Source: an uncultured Phycisphaerales bacterium (GTDB taxonomy: Bacteria > Planctomycetota > Phycisphaerae > Phycisphaerales > SM1A02). From it: 64,000 nt of DNA. A program made the position numbers and the translations under genes. Positions 25,035-35,002 of this stretch are shown here, piece by piece. The notes under the pieces were generated by a model. It made no database searches. It saw only the letters and a list, made by a program, of their open reading frames with translations, and had not been told where the DNA came from. The DNA is taken from NCBI GenBank assembly GCA_949373145.1, contig CASICI010000008.1, positions 63,078 to 127,077 of the forward strand. Direction: 5' to 3'. The number at the start of each line of letters is the position of its first letter. Positions within the stretch are counted from its first letter, which is position 1.

Positions 25035-26680
25035 TCGGTCACCTCGGCGGCAGACTCATCCGAACCCGTGCCCAGCGGACGCATCAGCGGGAACAGAATC
25101 ACATCGCGAATCGAAGCGCTGTCGGTGAGAAGGATCGCGATTCGATCGATTCCCAGTCCGAGACCGCCGGCGGGTGGCATGCCGACCTTGAGCGCATCGA
25201 GAAAATCCTCATCGAGGGATCTGAATGTCGTCTCTTCATCGTCGATGCCGGTCAGTTGTTCGGTGAACTTCTCATACTGAAGGTCGGGATCGTTGAGCTC
25301 GGTGTAGGCGGGGCCGATCTCCATGCCTCCGATGAAGAGGTCGAACCGCTCCGCCAGATTCGGATCGTCCTTGCGGGGCCGCGTCAACGGTGAGATCACG
25401 CTCGGCCAGTCGAGCACGAAGGTGGGCCTGGCCGGATCGATCGTGGTTTCGGCACATTCCTCGAAGACCGCGTTGACCGCGAAGTAATGATCGAGCTTCT
25501 CGGCGTTTTCAACGCCGATCTCCGTGGCCTTGGCAAGCACTTTGTCACGGTCGTCGGCGGAGAATCCGAGCGCCTCCTCGAAGAGGTCGAGAAACCGGAC
25601 GGATCTGAACGGCTTGGCGTAGTCGACCATGAGGTCACCGTAGGGAAGCCGGGGCGCGTCATCGGAACCAAGGTCGAGTTCGCTGCCCGCCTCCAGAAGA
25701 TCGTTGCGTCGGGCACGCGCGAGCTCGTGAATCAAGGACTCGGTGAGTTCGAGCATCGTCTCGTAGTTCCCGAACGCCTCGTAGACCTCCATCGAGGTGA
25801 ATTCCGGATTGTGCGAACGGTCGATGCCTTCATTTCGAAAGTTTCGATTGATCTCGTAGACACGAGGAAGGCCGCCCACCAGAAGCCGCTTGAGGTAGAG
25901 CTCCGGGGCGATTCGCATGAAAAGCGGAATGTCGAGCGCGTTGAGATGCGTGGTGAACGGCCGTGCCGCGGCGCCACCAGCCATCGGCTGCATCATCGGG
26001 GTCTCGACTTCGAGAAAGTCACGACCATCCATGAACGTGCGGATGCGTGAGACCATGCGTGAACGTGCCTTGAACGTCTCGATCGTTTCGGGATTGGCGT
26101 ACATGTCGACGTAACGCCGGCGATACCTTGCTTCTGGATCGGCGAGTCCATGATGCTTGCCGGGCGGTGGTGCGAGACTCTTGGTCTGAATCGTGAAGTG
26201 GTCGGCCCAGACGCAGATCTCACCACGCTTGGTGCGACCCATTCGTCCGCCGGCGACGACGATGTCGCCGTAGTCGATCTTCTTGGCGAGCTTGAAACTG
26301 CCACTGACCAGTTCCGACTTGGAGATGCTCAGCTGAAGATCTCCGGTGTGGTCGCGCAGCACCATGAAGACCAGCTTGCCGACGTCGCGATGCTGGACCA
26401 CCCGACCGGCGACGAGGACCGTCGCCCGATCATCGACGAGCTCGATGGAGTCATCCTCCTTGCGAGCGGCGACCGACGTGGCGTGCGCCTCTTCGGCGGC
26501 CTCGTCGAAGAGGCCACGTGCCTCATGCAGGGAGATCAGACCGTCGACCCGCTCTCCGAAAGGGTTGACATCGAGTTCATCGCGAATCCAGTCGAGCTTC
26601 GCACGACGAGCTGCGATCAGCGAACTCTCATCGGGATCAGGCTGTTGATTCTGCACGGTTGGTTCTTTGCTCTGGGACAT
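25031..26680 (-). CDS. lysS: lysine--tRNA ligase, class II
   Basis: 549-aa ORF with class II motifs and the typical C-terminus GMPPAGGLGLGIDRIAILLTDSASIRDVILFPLMRP. Confidence 0.9.
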   Translation of the reverse strand: MSQSKEPTVQNQQPDPDESSLIAARRAKLDWIRDELDVNPFGERVDGLISLHEARGLFDEAAEEAHATSVAARKEDDSIELVDDRATVLVAGRVVQHRDVGKLVFMVLRDHTGDLQLSISKSELVSGSFKLAKKIDYGDIVVAGGRMGRTKRGEICVWADHFTIQTKSLAPPPGKHHGLADPEARYRRRYVDMYANPETIETFKARSRMVSRIRTFMDGRDFLEVETPMMQPMAGGAAARPFTTHLNALDIPLFMRIAPELYLKRLLVGGLPRVYEINRNFRNEGIDRSHNPEFTSMEVYEAFGNYETMLELTESLIHELARARRNDLLEAGSELDLGSDDAPRLPYGDLMVDYAKPFRSVRFLDLFEEALGFSADDRDKVLAKATEIGVENAEKLDHYFAVNAVFEECAETTIDPARPTFVLDWPSVISPLTRPRKDDPNLAERFDLFIGGMEIGPAYTELNDPDLQYEKFTEQLTGIDDEETTFRSLDEDFLDALKVGMPPAGGLGLGIDRIAILLTDSASIRDVILFPLMRPLGTGSDESAAEVTE

Positions 26681-26761
26681 AGGTCAATGGTACGTCTTCG
26701 GACAGCCGAAGGGGCGAAAGCTCGCACAAGAATGGGTTCGGATCACTCACCAGTCGATTCC

Positions 26762-28144
26762 TCACTCCGAGGGAGTCGGAACCGCCTCGAACGCCAATTC
26801 GGTCCGTTGCCCGGTGGCATCCACTCTGTAGAGTCGGCCTTCATCGTGCAGAAGGCCTTCGGCCTCGGATGGATCCCGCCAGGCGACATCGATGCCGATC
26901 AGTTGAACACGACCGTCGATGTGGCCGACTTGATCGACCACCGTATGCCCGACCACGATGTGCTTCGCACCGTGCCGGGTCAGAATCGCCTCCAGTGCGT
27001 CATCACCGGGTCGACCTCCCCACCGCTCGGCATGCTCGGGAAAATACCCGCGGTACCAATGGGGACCTTGCTGATGCCAGATGAGCCCGGTGCGAAGATC
27101 GGCCCGCGCCTCGGACGGCCAGGCCGGTGGCCCGAGACCGACCCGGATCGTCTCATTGATCTCATCGAGGTCGAGACCCAGCCGATCAAGCTGCGGTGAA
27201 TAGCCGGCATGGACGAACAGAAGCGGACCGACACGAACCACGCTGTTGTGGTTTCGAAGCCAGCGCCCGAGTTCGCTGTCCGGACCGTGAAGTCGGTCGT
27301 AGGAGAGTCCTATTCGATCGGTGCTGAAACGGTAGTTCGGGTGGATGTACCGAAGGTCACCCGCCAGCACCATCGATTCATGGTTGCCGAGAACGAAATG
27401 AACATGGCCACCGGCGTCACCGGCCTGTCGTTCGAGTCGGCGGATGAGCCACAGAAGTTCGGTCACGCGGTCGCCCCGGTCGACGATGTCACCGTTCAAG
27501 ACCAGATGACCATCACCCCAGGCCCAGTTTCCGGCACCGTCGATGACGCCGTTTCCCGTGAGAAAGGTGAGAAACGTGTCGTAGTTTCCCTCGAGATCGC
27601 TGACCGCGAGAATCCTCCGGGCAGCGGGAAGAGACGCCGGGGGACACACCGGGTCGGACTCGACTCTGATCATGGGAACGGCTCGACTGGGCGTGGGAAG
27701 TTCATCACCATCGGAAAGGCCGGTGTGTTCGGTTCGAATCACCTCACCATCCACGACGGTGATCATGGTCGCACTGGTGGCATTCTTCCAGATCAGATGG
27801 GGACCGTCCTGAACCGCTTCCGGACCATGACCGAGACGTTGCATCGAGATGACGTATCGAATTCCGTCTTGAAGGTCGTAGCCGACTCGCACCAGGTGGC
27901 CGAGCACCGGGACCACGGCACCGTCGACGGAGGAGACCCCGGGGATCGGATTCTCGGAGTCCGATCGGACCACGTAGTTCTCTCCATCGATCCGCCACAC
28001 CCCGGCACCCTCGGAACCGCTTGGGTCGAATGAATCGAGAACACCGATCGCTTCATCGGCGTCGAGCGGAACGACGCCCCACAGGCAGCTCAGAGCCATG
28101 ATGAGAAGGGCTGAAAAACGCGGCGGAATGACGGAACGTGACAT
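26762..28144 (-). CDS. secreted calcineurin-like metallophosphoesterase
   Basis: The track ORF is 26762-28543. The plausible start is the ATG at 28142-28144 (MSRSVIPPRFSALLIMALSCLWG, signal-like). Motifs: VSDLEGN, GDIVDRGD, GNHE. Confidence 0.75.
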   Translation of the reverse strand: MSRSVIPPRFSALLIMALSCLWGVVPLDADEAIGVLDSFDPSGSEGAGVWRIDGENYVVRSDSENPIPGVSSVDGAVVPVLGHLVRVGYDLQDGIRYVISMQRLGHGPEAVQDGPHLIWKNATSATMITVVDGEVIRTEHTGLSDGDELPTPSRAVPMIRVESDPVCPPASLPAARRILAVSDLEGNYDTFLTFLTGNGVIDGAGNWAWGDGHLVLNGDIVDRGDRVTELLWLIRRLERQAGDAGGHVHFVLGNHESMVLAGDLRYIHPNYRFSTDRIGLSYDRLHGPDSELGRWLRNHNSVVRVGPLLFVHAGYSPQLDRLGLDLDEINETIRVGLGPPAWPSEARADLRTGLIWHQQGPHWYRGYFPEHAERWGGRPGDDALEAILTRHGAKHIVVGHTVVDQVGHIDGRVQLIGIDVAWRDPSEAEGLLHDEGRLYRVDATGQRTELAFEAVPTPSE

Positions 28145-28230
28145 GGCGGACTCCGACGGTGTTTGTGAACGGGTGAGAAAGGATCGGAGAGGACGACCGT
28201 TTGATTCTCGAAGCGCGCGGCCCCGGGCGT

Positions 28231-29532
28231 TCAACGAAGAACGAGCGGCGGGAGCTCGCCGTCGACCAGATATTCGAAACGCTCGCGGAAGACCTCGGAA
28301 GTCATCCCCGCAGTCGATGCCAGACGGGCGAGTGCTTCGGGATCTGTGAAATCGGCGTGTTTCAGTCTGATCATGTAGCTTCGCGAGATCGCGTAGCGAG
28401 TGCTTGAGACATCGATCATGCGCACCTGCATGCGTCCGGTTTCGGGATCGAGAAGATCGGTCAGTGGAATCGGAATGAACCGGCCACCCTGCATGGAGAT
28501 CAGATCTCCGGAACCACCTTCGAGCAGATACTTGCCGGCGCAATACCCGAGATCGCGGCAGTATTCCATGTCGCTTGGAACCGGATCCGCACAGCGAAGC
28601 TCGTACCCGATGTTCTTGGAGACCAGAGTGCAGTCGATGCCGAATGCCTGCAGACGCTCATGGACGGCATCCTTGAGAAGGTTCCCGAGGTCGACTTCGG
28701 CAAGCCTGATGTGGCCGTGTTCGTCGCGCTCGAGATTGTCGAGAGACTCGAGTTCCTTCGGATCGAACGCGAGGGCCACGCCTTCGGCGATGACCGCGAC
28801 ACCATCTCCCCGTCCTTCCGAACGACGCTTGATGATCGATCCCGTGAGGATGTCGGCCAGTCGATCGAGCGACATGCCGGTGGTGTCGCATTCCTCGGGA
28901 ACGACGGTCAGCGTCGCTCCGGCGGCCTTGCCGATCCCCAGCGCGAGATGCCCGGCCTTGCGCCCCATCGCGATCACCAGATACCAGCGATTCGTGGTCT
29001 TGGCATCGACCATCAGGTTCTGAACCACTTCGACGCCGACCGCTCGAGCGGTCTGGTAGCCGAAGGTGTCGATGGACGGTGGCAGATCGAGGTCATTGTC
29101 GATCGTCTTGGGAACATGCGCCACGGACAACGTGCCAGCGGAACGTTCGGCGAGACGTGAACATGTGAAGGAGGTGTCATCCCCTCCGATGGTCACCAGC
29201 TTGTCGATGCCGGCGGCTCGAAGATTCGTGAGCACCTGATCCAGCATGCCCTCGCTCTTCGTCGGATTCGCACGAGACGTTCCCAGCATGGAACCACCAC
29301 GAAAGTGGATTCGCGACACATCCTGAATGTCCAGATCTCGAAACGCGTGGGCAGCCTTCGCATCGGGGGTCATCAAACGTTCGAAGCCGTTCTGGATGCC
29401 GACCACACGTGTCCCGGAAAGCCTGGTGCGAATGGTGGCGGCGGCGATGACCGCGTTGATGCCGGGTGCGGGGCCACCCCCCACCACGATGCCGAGTGCG
29501 CCATTGCGATGGGCGTCATCCATGTCGCTCAT
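28231..29532 (-). CDS. pfp: phosphofructokinase with the pyrophosphate-dependent signature
   Basis: GGGPAPGINAV, IGGDDT (Asp where ATP-dependent enzymes have Gly, E. coli position 104) and PKTIDND (Lys in place of Gly124). The start at 29530-29532 forms an ATGA overlap with the upstream aminotransferase stop. Confidence 0.85.
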   Translation of the reverse strand: MSDMDDAHRNGALGIVVGGGPAPGINAVIAAATIRTRLSGTRVVGIQNGFERLMTPDAKAAHAFRDLDIQDVSRIHFRGGSMLGTSRANPTKSEGMLDQVLTNLRAAGIDKLVTIGGDDTSFTCSRLAERSAGTLSVAHVPKTIDNDLDLPPSIDTFGYQTARAVGVEVVQNLMVDAKTTNRWYLVIAMGRKAGHLALGIGKAAGATLTVVPEECDTTGMSLDRLADILTGSIIKRRSEGRGDGVAVIAEGVALAFDPKELESLDNLERDEHGHIRLAEVDLGNLLKDAVHERLQAFGIDCTLVSKNIGYELRCADPVPSDMEYCRDLGYCAGKYLLEGGSGDLISMQGGRFIPIPLTDLLDPETGRMQVRMIDVSSTRYAISRSYMIRLKHADFTDPEALARLASTAGMTSEVFRERFEYLVDGELPPLVLR

Positions 29533-30764
29533 GCTCTCTCCGAATAGGCTTTCAAACCGGATTCTAGGATCGCGACGCACCGGGTGATGACGTCCTTGTC
29601 CAGAACGTAGGCCATGCGAACTTCGTTTCGACCCAGTCCTTCGGTGGTGTAGAAGCCACCCAGTGGCGCCATGCAGAGCGTCTCGCCGTCGAGCTCGAAG
29701 TCACTGACCAACCAGCTGCAGAACTCCGCGGCGTCTTCGACCGGCAGGGGAACCGCGATGTAGAAGGCACCTTCGGGCGCGGAAACCGGGATGCCGATCG
29801 CCTTCAGACCCGCGACCAGGACGTCACGACGCTCACGATAGGTCTCGATCACTTCGGCGAAGTACTCAGGGGGTGTCGCAAGCGCGGCCATGGCGGCATG
29901 CTGATCGACGGTCGCCGGTGAGAGACGAGCCTGAGCGAAATGAAGTGCCGCGCGACGGACGTCCTTGTTTCGAGTGACAAGACAGCCGACCCGCGCACCA
30001 CAGGCGCTGTATCGCTTGGACACCGAGTCGATCACGATGGCGATGTCCTCGGCGCCCGGTACCGCGAGCATGGAGGGCGCAAGGGTTCCTGCAGGTTGGT
30101 CGTAGACGAATTCACGGTAGACCTCGTCGCAGATGAAGAAGAGTCCATGGCGGGTGCAGATCTCGGTGATTCTCTCGAGGTCTTCGAAGGAAAGCACCAC
30201 TCCGGTGGGATTGCCAGGGGTCGGCAGCACGATCGCACGAGTCTTTTCGGTGATGGCGGCTTCGATCATCTCGGGATCGATCTGATAGCCATCCTGCACG
30301 TGCGTGGTCACCGCAGCCGCGGTCACTCCGAGCAGATGGGTGTAGCCGGCGTAGTTCGTGTAATAAGGCTCGCACACGAGAATCTCGTCCCCGGGATCGG
30401 TGACGGCGGCGATCGCGAACAGAAGCGCTTCCGAACCTCCCACGGTGACCACGATGTCCTCGGCGGTGATGGGAGCCAGCGTGCCGACGACCTTGCTGTA
30501 GTAGTCGCAGGCAAGCGCTTCCCGGTAGGCCGGATAGCCGTCGCTGGGCGAGTAGGCCAGGACCTTCTCGTCGTAGTTCCGATAGGCCTCGATCATGCCG
30601 CGGGGCGTCGCGATGTCGGGTTGACCGATGTTCATGAAGTGAACGGTCTTGCCTGATTCGACGGCGGCTCTGGAGGCGGCCTCAAGAGCACGGATCGGTG
30701 ATGTCGGGGCATTGAAGCCTCGAGACGATGGTGAGATGGTGGTGGTCATTGTGGTCCTCCGCAA
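29529..30764 (-). CDS. PLP-dependent aminotransferase, class I/II (aspartate aminotransferase-like)
   Basis: 411-aa ORF with GNPTG and SVSKRYSACGARVG (PLP-lysine motif). An alternative start at Met6 is possible. Confidence 0.85.
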   Translation of the reverse strand: MRRTTMTTTISPSSRGFNAPTSPIRALEAASRAAVESGKTVHFMNIGQPDIATPRGMIEAYRNYDEKVLAYSPSDGYPAYREALACDYYSKVVGTLAPITAEDIVVTVGGSEALLFAIAAVTDPGDEILVCEPYYTNYAGYTHLLGVTAAAVTTHVQDGYQIDPEMIEAAITEKTRAIVLPTPGNPTGVVLSFEDLERITEICTRHGLFFICDEVYREFVYDQPAGTLAPSMLAVPGAEDIAIVIDSVSKRYSACGARVGCLVTRNKDVRRAALHFAQARLSPATVDQHAAMAALATPPEYFAEVIETYRERRDVLVAGLKAIGIPVSAPEGAFYIAVPLPVEDAAEFCSWLVSDFELDGETLCMAPLGGFYTTEGLGRNEVRMAYVLDKDVITRCVAILESGLKAYSERA

Positions 30765-30845
30765 CCCTGGTAAGACGGTCTCGAACGTTGGATTCTAGCA
30801 ACGAAAAGTCCTTTGTATGGGAAGGCGGGTATTCTTGGCAGGACG

Positions 30846-31400
30846 ATGACAGCAGCAATCTTTCTCGATCGTGACGACACCCTCATTTCCAACGACGGAG
30901 ATCTCGGAGATCCCGCGGAGGTTGTCCTTCTGGACGGCGTGTCGCAGGGTCTCGAAAGACTCCGATCGATGGGATTCGAGCTGGTGGTCGTGACCAATCA
31001 GGGCGGGGTGGCGCGCGGGCGCTACGAAGAGAAGGACGTCATGCTGGTTCATGAACGAATCCAGGAGCTGGTGGGTGAGACCACCCCTCTTCACTTCTAC
31101 TACTGCCCGTTCCATCCCAAAGGCACCGTTCAGGAATACACCCGGGAACACCCATGGCGCAAACCGGCGCCGGGAATGTTCTACGCGGCGGCCCAGCGAC
31201 TGGGTCTCGATCTCTCGCAATGCTGGGTGATCGGTGACCAGCATCGAGACATGGAAGCCGGTCGCTCCGCGGGATGTCGGACCATTCTCTTCTCCAGACC
31301 AGGCACCCGGGCGGACGAATGCAAGAAGGCACCGGACCACACGGTCGACTCCTTCGGCCAGGCCGTGGAAGTCATCGGACTGGCGGTCTCCGAAGGATGA
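30846..31400 (+). CDS. gmhB: HAD-IIIA phosphatase, D,D-heptose 1,7-bisphosphate phosphatase-like
   Basis: From the ATG at 30846: AIFLDRDDTLI, VVVTNQGGVARG, YYCPFHPKG, RKPAPGM, IGDQHRDMEAG. The next-but-one gene downstream is a GT9 heptosyltransferase. Confidence 0.75.
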   Translation: MTAAIFLDRDDTLISNDGDLGDPAEVVLLDGVSQGLERLRSMGFELVVVTNQGGVARGRYEEKDVMLVHERIQELVGETTPLHFYYCPFHPKGTVQEYTREHPWRKPAPGMFYAAAQRLGLDLSQCWVIGDQHRDMEAGRSAGCRTILFSRPGTRADECKKAPDHTVDSFGQAVEVIGLAVSEG

Positions 31401-31660
31401 GTGCCGGCGTGAGACTCACCGCATTGATCGGCACCCCCCTCGCGGATCCGGGGGTCCGCGAGATCGTGACCTCGACCGCCGAGGCACTGGGTGAACGAAA
31501 CGGCATCCGAGTCAAGGTCACGTTCGTGAGCGATGACGCGATCGAACTCGAGGTGGAGGGCTCGCAACTGAACGCGACGGCCGCCGCGGCGGAATTGAGA
31601 CGACTCACGGATCAATGGCACCGCGGAAAATACGACGCCCCACTCTGGAGCGCCTCATGA
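31397..31660 (+). CDS. 87-aa hypothetical protein, translationally coupled on both sides
   Basis: ATGA overlaps at both ends (31397-31400 and 31657-31660). No family recognised. Confidence 0.4.
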   Translation: MSAGVRLTALIGTPLADPGVREIVTSTAEALGERNGIRVKVTFVSDDAIELEVEGSQLNATAAAAELRRLTDQWHRGKYDAPLWSAS

Positions 31661-32691
31661 CGACGACGCCCGAACATCTCATGGTGGTGATGCCCTCCTG
31701 GATCGGGGACATCGTGATGGCGACTCCGGCACTGCGCGCGCTCAAGGAAGCGCATCCGATGATGCGCATCACCGCCACGATCCGCCCCGGACTGCAGCCC
31801 ATTCTCGAAGGCGCTCCGTTCGTGGATGCCATCGAAGAAGCTGGTTTTCGTGGCCTTCTGGGCCCGGTGAAGGACGGCCGGCGACTCGCGAAACTCGCAC
31901 CGGACACCGCACTGCTCTTTCCCAACAGTCCGCGTTCGGCGTTGTTCGCACGCGTGACCGGCAGCACCCGGCGAATCGGATACGCCACCCAGGGCCGACG
32001 CTGGCTGCTGACCGATCCGATCAATCCGATCAAGCCCCGACAAGGCACGTCCACCCCCACCACCACTCTGGACGACTACGCCCGGCTCGTCGAGGAGGCG
32101 TTCGGCATCGAAGTACGAGACCGGACTCCGCGCCTGGGGCTCAGCGAAGAACAACGTTCGGCGGGCGACCGACTGCTCGAAGGAGTCGACGGACCGTTCG
32201 TCGTTCTGAATCCGGGAGCCAACCGCGAGGACAAACGATGGTCCGCGGAATCGTTCGCCGCGGTCGCGGACGACCTTCGCTCGAACCGTGACGTCACCAT
32301 TCTGGTGAACGGATCACCCGCTGAAGCCGGACTCATCACGCGTGTCGTCGAACTGGCCCGGCCCGGGTTGATCGATCTGCCGGCACGAGGTGGTTCGATC
32401 GCCGCGCTCAAATCGGTCATCAGCAGGTCGGAGCTCCTCATCACCAACGACACCGGACCACGGCATCTCGCCGCGGGACTCGGCACGCCTTCGGTGGTCC
32501 TCTTCGGACCGACGGATCGACGCTTCACGGTGCTCCCTGAGATTCGCGAACGTCACCTCGTGGCCGAACCGTTTCTGACCGAAGAACACGTCGCCGACGA
32601 TCATGCGAAAGCCTGTCGGATCGGGCGAATCTCGGTCGGCGACGTGCTGCACGCCGCGCGAACACTTCTAGAGAAAGGCACATCCCGATGA
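31657..32691 (+). CDS. glycosyltransferase family 9 (LPS heptosyltransferase-like)
   Basis: LMVVMPSWIGDIVMATPALRALK, VLNPGANREDKRW and ITNDTGPRHLAAGLGTPSVVLFGPTD are GT9 hallmarks. Confidence 0.8.
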   Translation: MTTTPEHLMVVMPSWIGDIVMATPALRALKEAHPMMRITATIRPGLQPILEGAPFVDAIEEAGFRGLLGPVKDGRRLAKLAPDTALLFPNSPRSALFARVTGSTRRIGYATQGRRWLLTDPINPIKPRQGTSTPTTTLDDYARLVEEAFGIEVRDRTPRLGLSEEQRSAGDRLLEGVDGPFVVLNPGANREDKRWSAESFAAVADDLRSNRDVTILVNGSPAEAGLITRVVELARPGLIDLPARGGSIAALKSVISRSELLITNDTGPRHLAAGLGTPSVVLFGPTDRRFTVLPEIRERHLVAEPFLTEEHVADDHAKACRIGRISVGDVLHAARTLLEKGTSR

Positions 32692-33431
32692 CTCCGACCG
32701 GCTGGTTCCTCTGGTGCTTGATCGCATTTTCATTCGGATCGATTCCTTTCGGCGTGGTCCTTGCGAAACTCAAGAAGATCGACCTTCGCACCGTCGGGTC
32801 CGGCAACACCGGTGCGACCAACGTGGGACGTGCTCTGGGGCGACGTTGGGGTCTTCTCTGCTTCGTGCTCGATGCCGCCAAGGGAGCCACGCCCGTGATT
32901 CTGGCGGGGATGATTGCGGGAACCATCGGTCAACCGGCGGGCGCTCTCGCTCCTGCGGAAGCCTCAGGCTGGCTCGCGGTGGGTGTCGCCTCGATTCTGG
33001 GCCACGTCTTCTCTCCCTTTCTCAATTTCAAGGGTGGCAAAGGCGTCGCCACCGCATGTGGCGCCCTCCTGGCGATGTGGCCATTGATGACGATTCCGGT
33101 TCTGGTCGCCGCAGGCGTCTTCATCGTCATGATTCTTGGCCTGGGCTTCATGTCCCTGGCGAGCATGGCCGCCGCCAGTGCGGTTCCCTGTACCGCACTG
33201 ATTCTGGGATTGATCAGCAATGACGGACAAAGCGCCTCGGGGGCGGTGCTTCCTCAGACGATCACCGGGCTGGTGATTGCTTTCATGGTGATCTGGAGAC
33301 ACCGTACGAACCTGAAAAGACTGCTTGACGGAACCGAACCAAGAGTCTTTGGGGCCGGTAGGATGAGGCGCGAATCCAACTCAGGAGAGACGACATCGGA
33401 TCGCAACACGACATCTACCAATCGCCACTGA
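32688..33431 (+). CDS. plsY: glycerol-3-phosphate acyltransferase PlsY
   Basis: FGSIPFGVVLAK...DLRTVGSGNTGATNVGRALG...DAAKG, the canonical PlsY pattern. ATGA overlap with the upstream gene. Confidence 0.9.
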   Translation: MTPTGWFLWCLIAFSFGSIPFGVVLAKLKKIDLRTVGSGNTGATNVGRALGRRWGLLCFVLDAAKGATPVILAGMIAGTIGQPAGALAPAEASGWLAVGVASILGHVFSPFLNFKGGKGVATACGALLAMWPLMTIPVLVAAGVFIVMILGLGFMSLASMAAASAVPCTALILGLISNDGQSASGAVLPQTITGLVIAFMVIWRHRTNLKRLLDGTEPRVFGAGRMRRESNSGETTSDRNTTSTNRH

Positions 33432-34834
33432 CCGCTCGCAGCGCGACGCCTGAAATGGCCAAGCTCTTTTCGCCGAGAAAACGCATCACGACCTGGCGTC
33501 GGATCTGGCTCGCGCTGGCCGAGGCACAACACGAACTTGGTCTCGAGATCACGGAAGACCAGGTTCGCCAGCTTCGTGAAGCGCTCGAGGACATCGACTT
33601 CGAGGCTGCAGCGGCCCATGAGAAGACGCTTCGACATGATGTCATGGCACACGTCCATACCTACGGGGAGGCCGCCCCGGATGCTCTGGGCATCATCCAC
33701 CTTGGTGCGACCTCGCAGGACATCGTCTGCAATGCGGACCTCCTTCTGTTTCAGGAAGCCCTGGAGCTGATCGCGAGGAAGATCGCACTGGTGATCGATC
33801 AACTGGGCAGTTTCGCCGAGCAGTACCGATCACTTCCGACCCTCGGCTTCACGCATTACCAGCCCGCCCAACCGACGACCGTCGGCCGACGAGCGACGAT
33901 GTGGACACAGGACTTCACCATCGCCCTCCAGGACGTGGAACAACGAATCGAAGCGATGCGCCTGCGAGGCATGCGCGGCGCGACCGGCACCCAGGCATCC
34001 TTCCTCGGCCTCTTCGATGGCGATGGGGCCAAGGTCGACGAACTGGAACGGAAGATCGCGGAAAAACTCGGCTGGGATCCGACACGCTGCTGGGACGTCA
34101 GTGGCCAGACCTACCCGAGGATGGTCGACGCTCAGATTCTGTCGGCACTTTCTCTGACCGCCACCGCGATTCACAAGACCTGCAACGACATCCGCCTCCT
34201 GGCGAATCTCCGTGAACTTCAGGAACCGATCGAAAAATCCCAGATCGGGTCCAGCGCCATGGCGTACAAGCGCAACCCGATGCGCTGCGAGCGTGCCACG
34301 GGGCTCTCACGATTCGTGATCTCGCTCTGGCAGAACGGCGTGGACACCGCCGCCACGCAGTGGCTGGAGCGCACGCTCGATGATTCCTCGAACCGACGCA
34401 TGAGCCTTCCGGAGAGCTTCCTCGCACTGGACAACGCACTGGACATCATGGGCAACGTCACTGACGGCATCGTGGTCAATGAAGCCATCGTCACCGCCAA
34501 CCTCGCCCGTGAACTCCCCTTCATGGCCACCGAGGATCTGATGCTTGCCGCGGCGCGAGCAGGCGCCGACCGCCAGGAAGCCCACGAGGTCATCAGAACG
34601 GTCTCTCGAGAGGTCGCCGCCGAACTTGCCGGAGGGTCGATGAAGAACGATCTTCTGGAACGCTTGGCGAGGGAACCCCTGTTTGCAGCCGTGCCTCTGA
34701 GCGAGTTCGAGGATGCTTCCCGCTTCGTTGGCCGAGCACCGGAACAGGTCGATGGCTTCATCCAAGCAGTGGTGGCCCCCATTCGTGCGAGATATCGGGC
34801 CTCTTTTCCCCAGAAAGCAGAACTTTCGGTGTGA
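33395..34834 (+). CDS. purB: adenylosuccinate lyase (ADSL type); 5' end placed at a putative ATC start, first ATG is at 33455
   Basis: HDVMAHVHTYG, HLGATSQDI, GFTHYQPAQPTTVG and SSAMAYKRNP. The conserved N-terminal YQSPLTARSATPEM (compare eukaryote-type YRSPLASRYASPEM) is encoded in frame upstream of the first ATG. AGGAG at 33383-33387 lies 7 nt before the ATC at 33395. Confidence 0.85.
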   Translation: MGSQHDIYQSPLTARSATPEMAKLFSPRKRITTWRRIWLALAEAQHELGLEITEDQVRQLREALEDIDFEAAAAHEKTLRHDVMAHVHTYGEAAPDALGIIHLGATSQDIVCNADLLLFQEALELIARKIALVIDQLGSFAEQYRSLPTLGFTHYQPAQPTTVGRRATMWTQDFTIALQDVEQRIEAMRLRGMRGATGTQASFLGLFDGDGAKVDELERKIAEKLGWDPTRCWDVSGQTYPRMVDAQILSALSLTATAIHKTCNDIRLLANLRELQEPIEKSQIGSSAMAYKRNPMRCERATGLSRFVISLWQNGVDTAATQWLERTLDDSSNRRMSLPESFLALDNALDIMGNVTDGIVVNEAIVTANLARELPFMATEDLMLAAARAGADRQEAHEVIRTVSREVAAELAGGSMKNDLLERLAREPLFAAVPLSEFEDASRFVGRAPEQVDGFIQAVVAPIRARYRASFPQKAELSV

Positions 34835-35002
34835 GCGACACCATGGCGCACAACTCCATTGCGCACAGTTGTTTACAGTCGAAACATTGGCGTTTCAAGA
34901 GGCCTTGTTTCAAGGAAATACCCCTTTTTAGCCCAATATCGGCGAAAAACGTGGTGACAACACCGCATACGCCCCGATAACGTGGATAACACATAGCCAC
35001 CG

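Noticed and set aside
23044-25280. Plus-strand ORFs 23044-24540 (498 aa) and 24180-25280 (366 aa).
   Set aside because: They are antisense to the transglutaminase-like, nnrD and lysS genes, which have clear family motifs. Their composition is Arg/Ser/Pro-rich.
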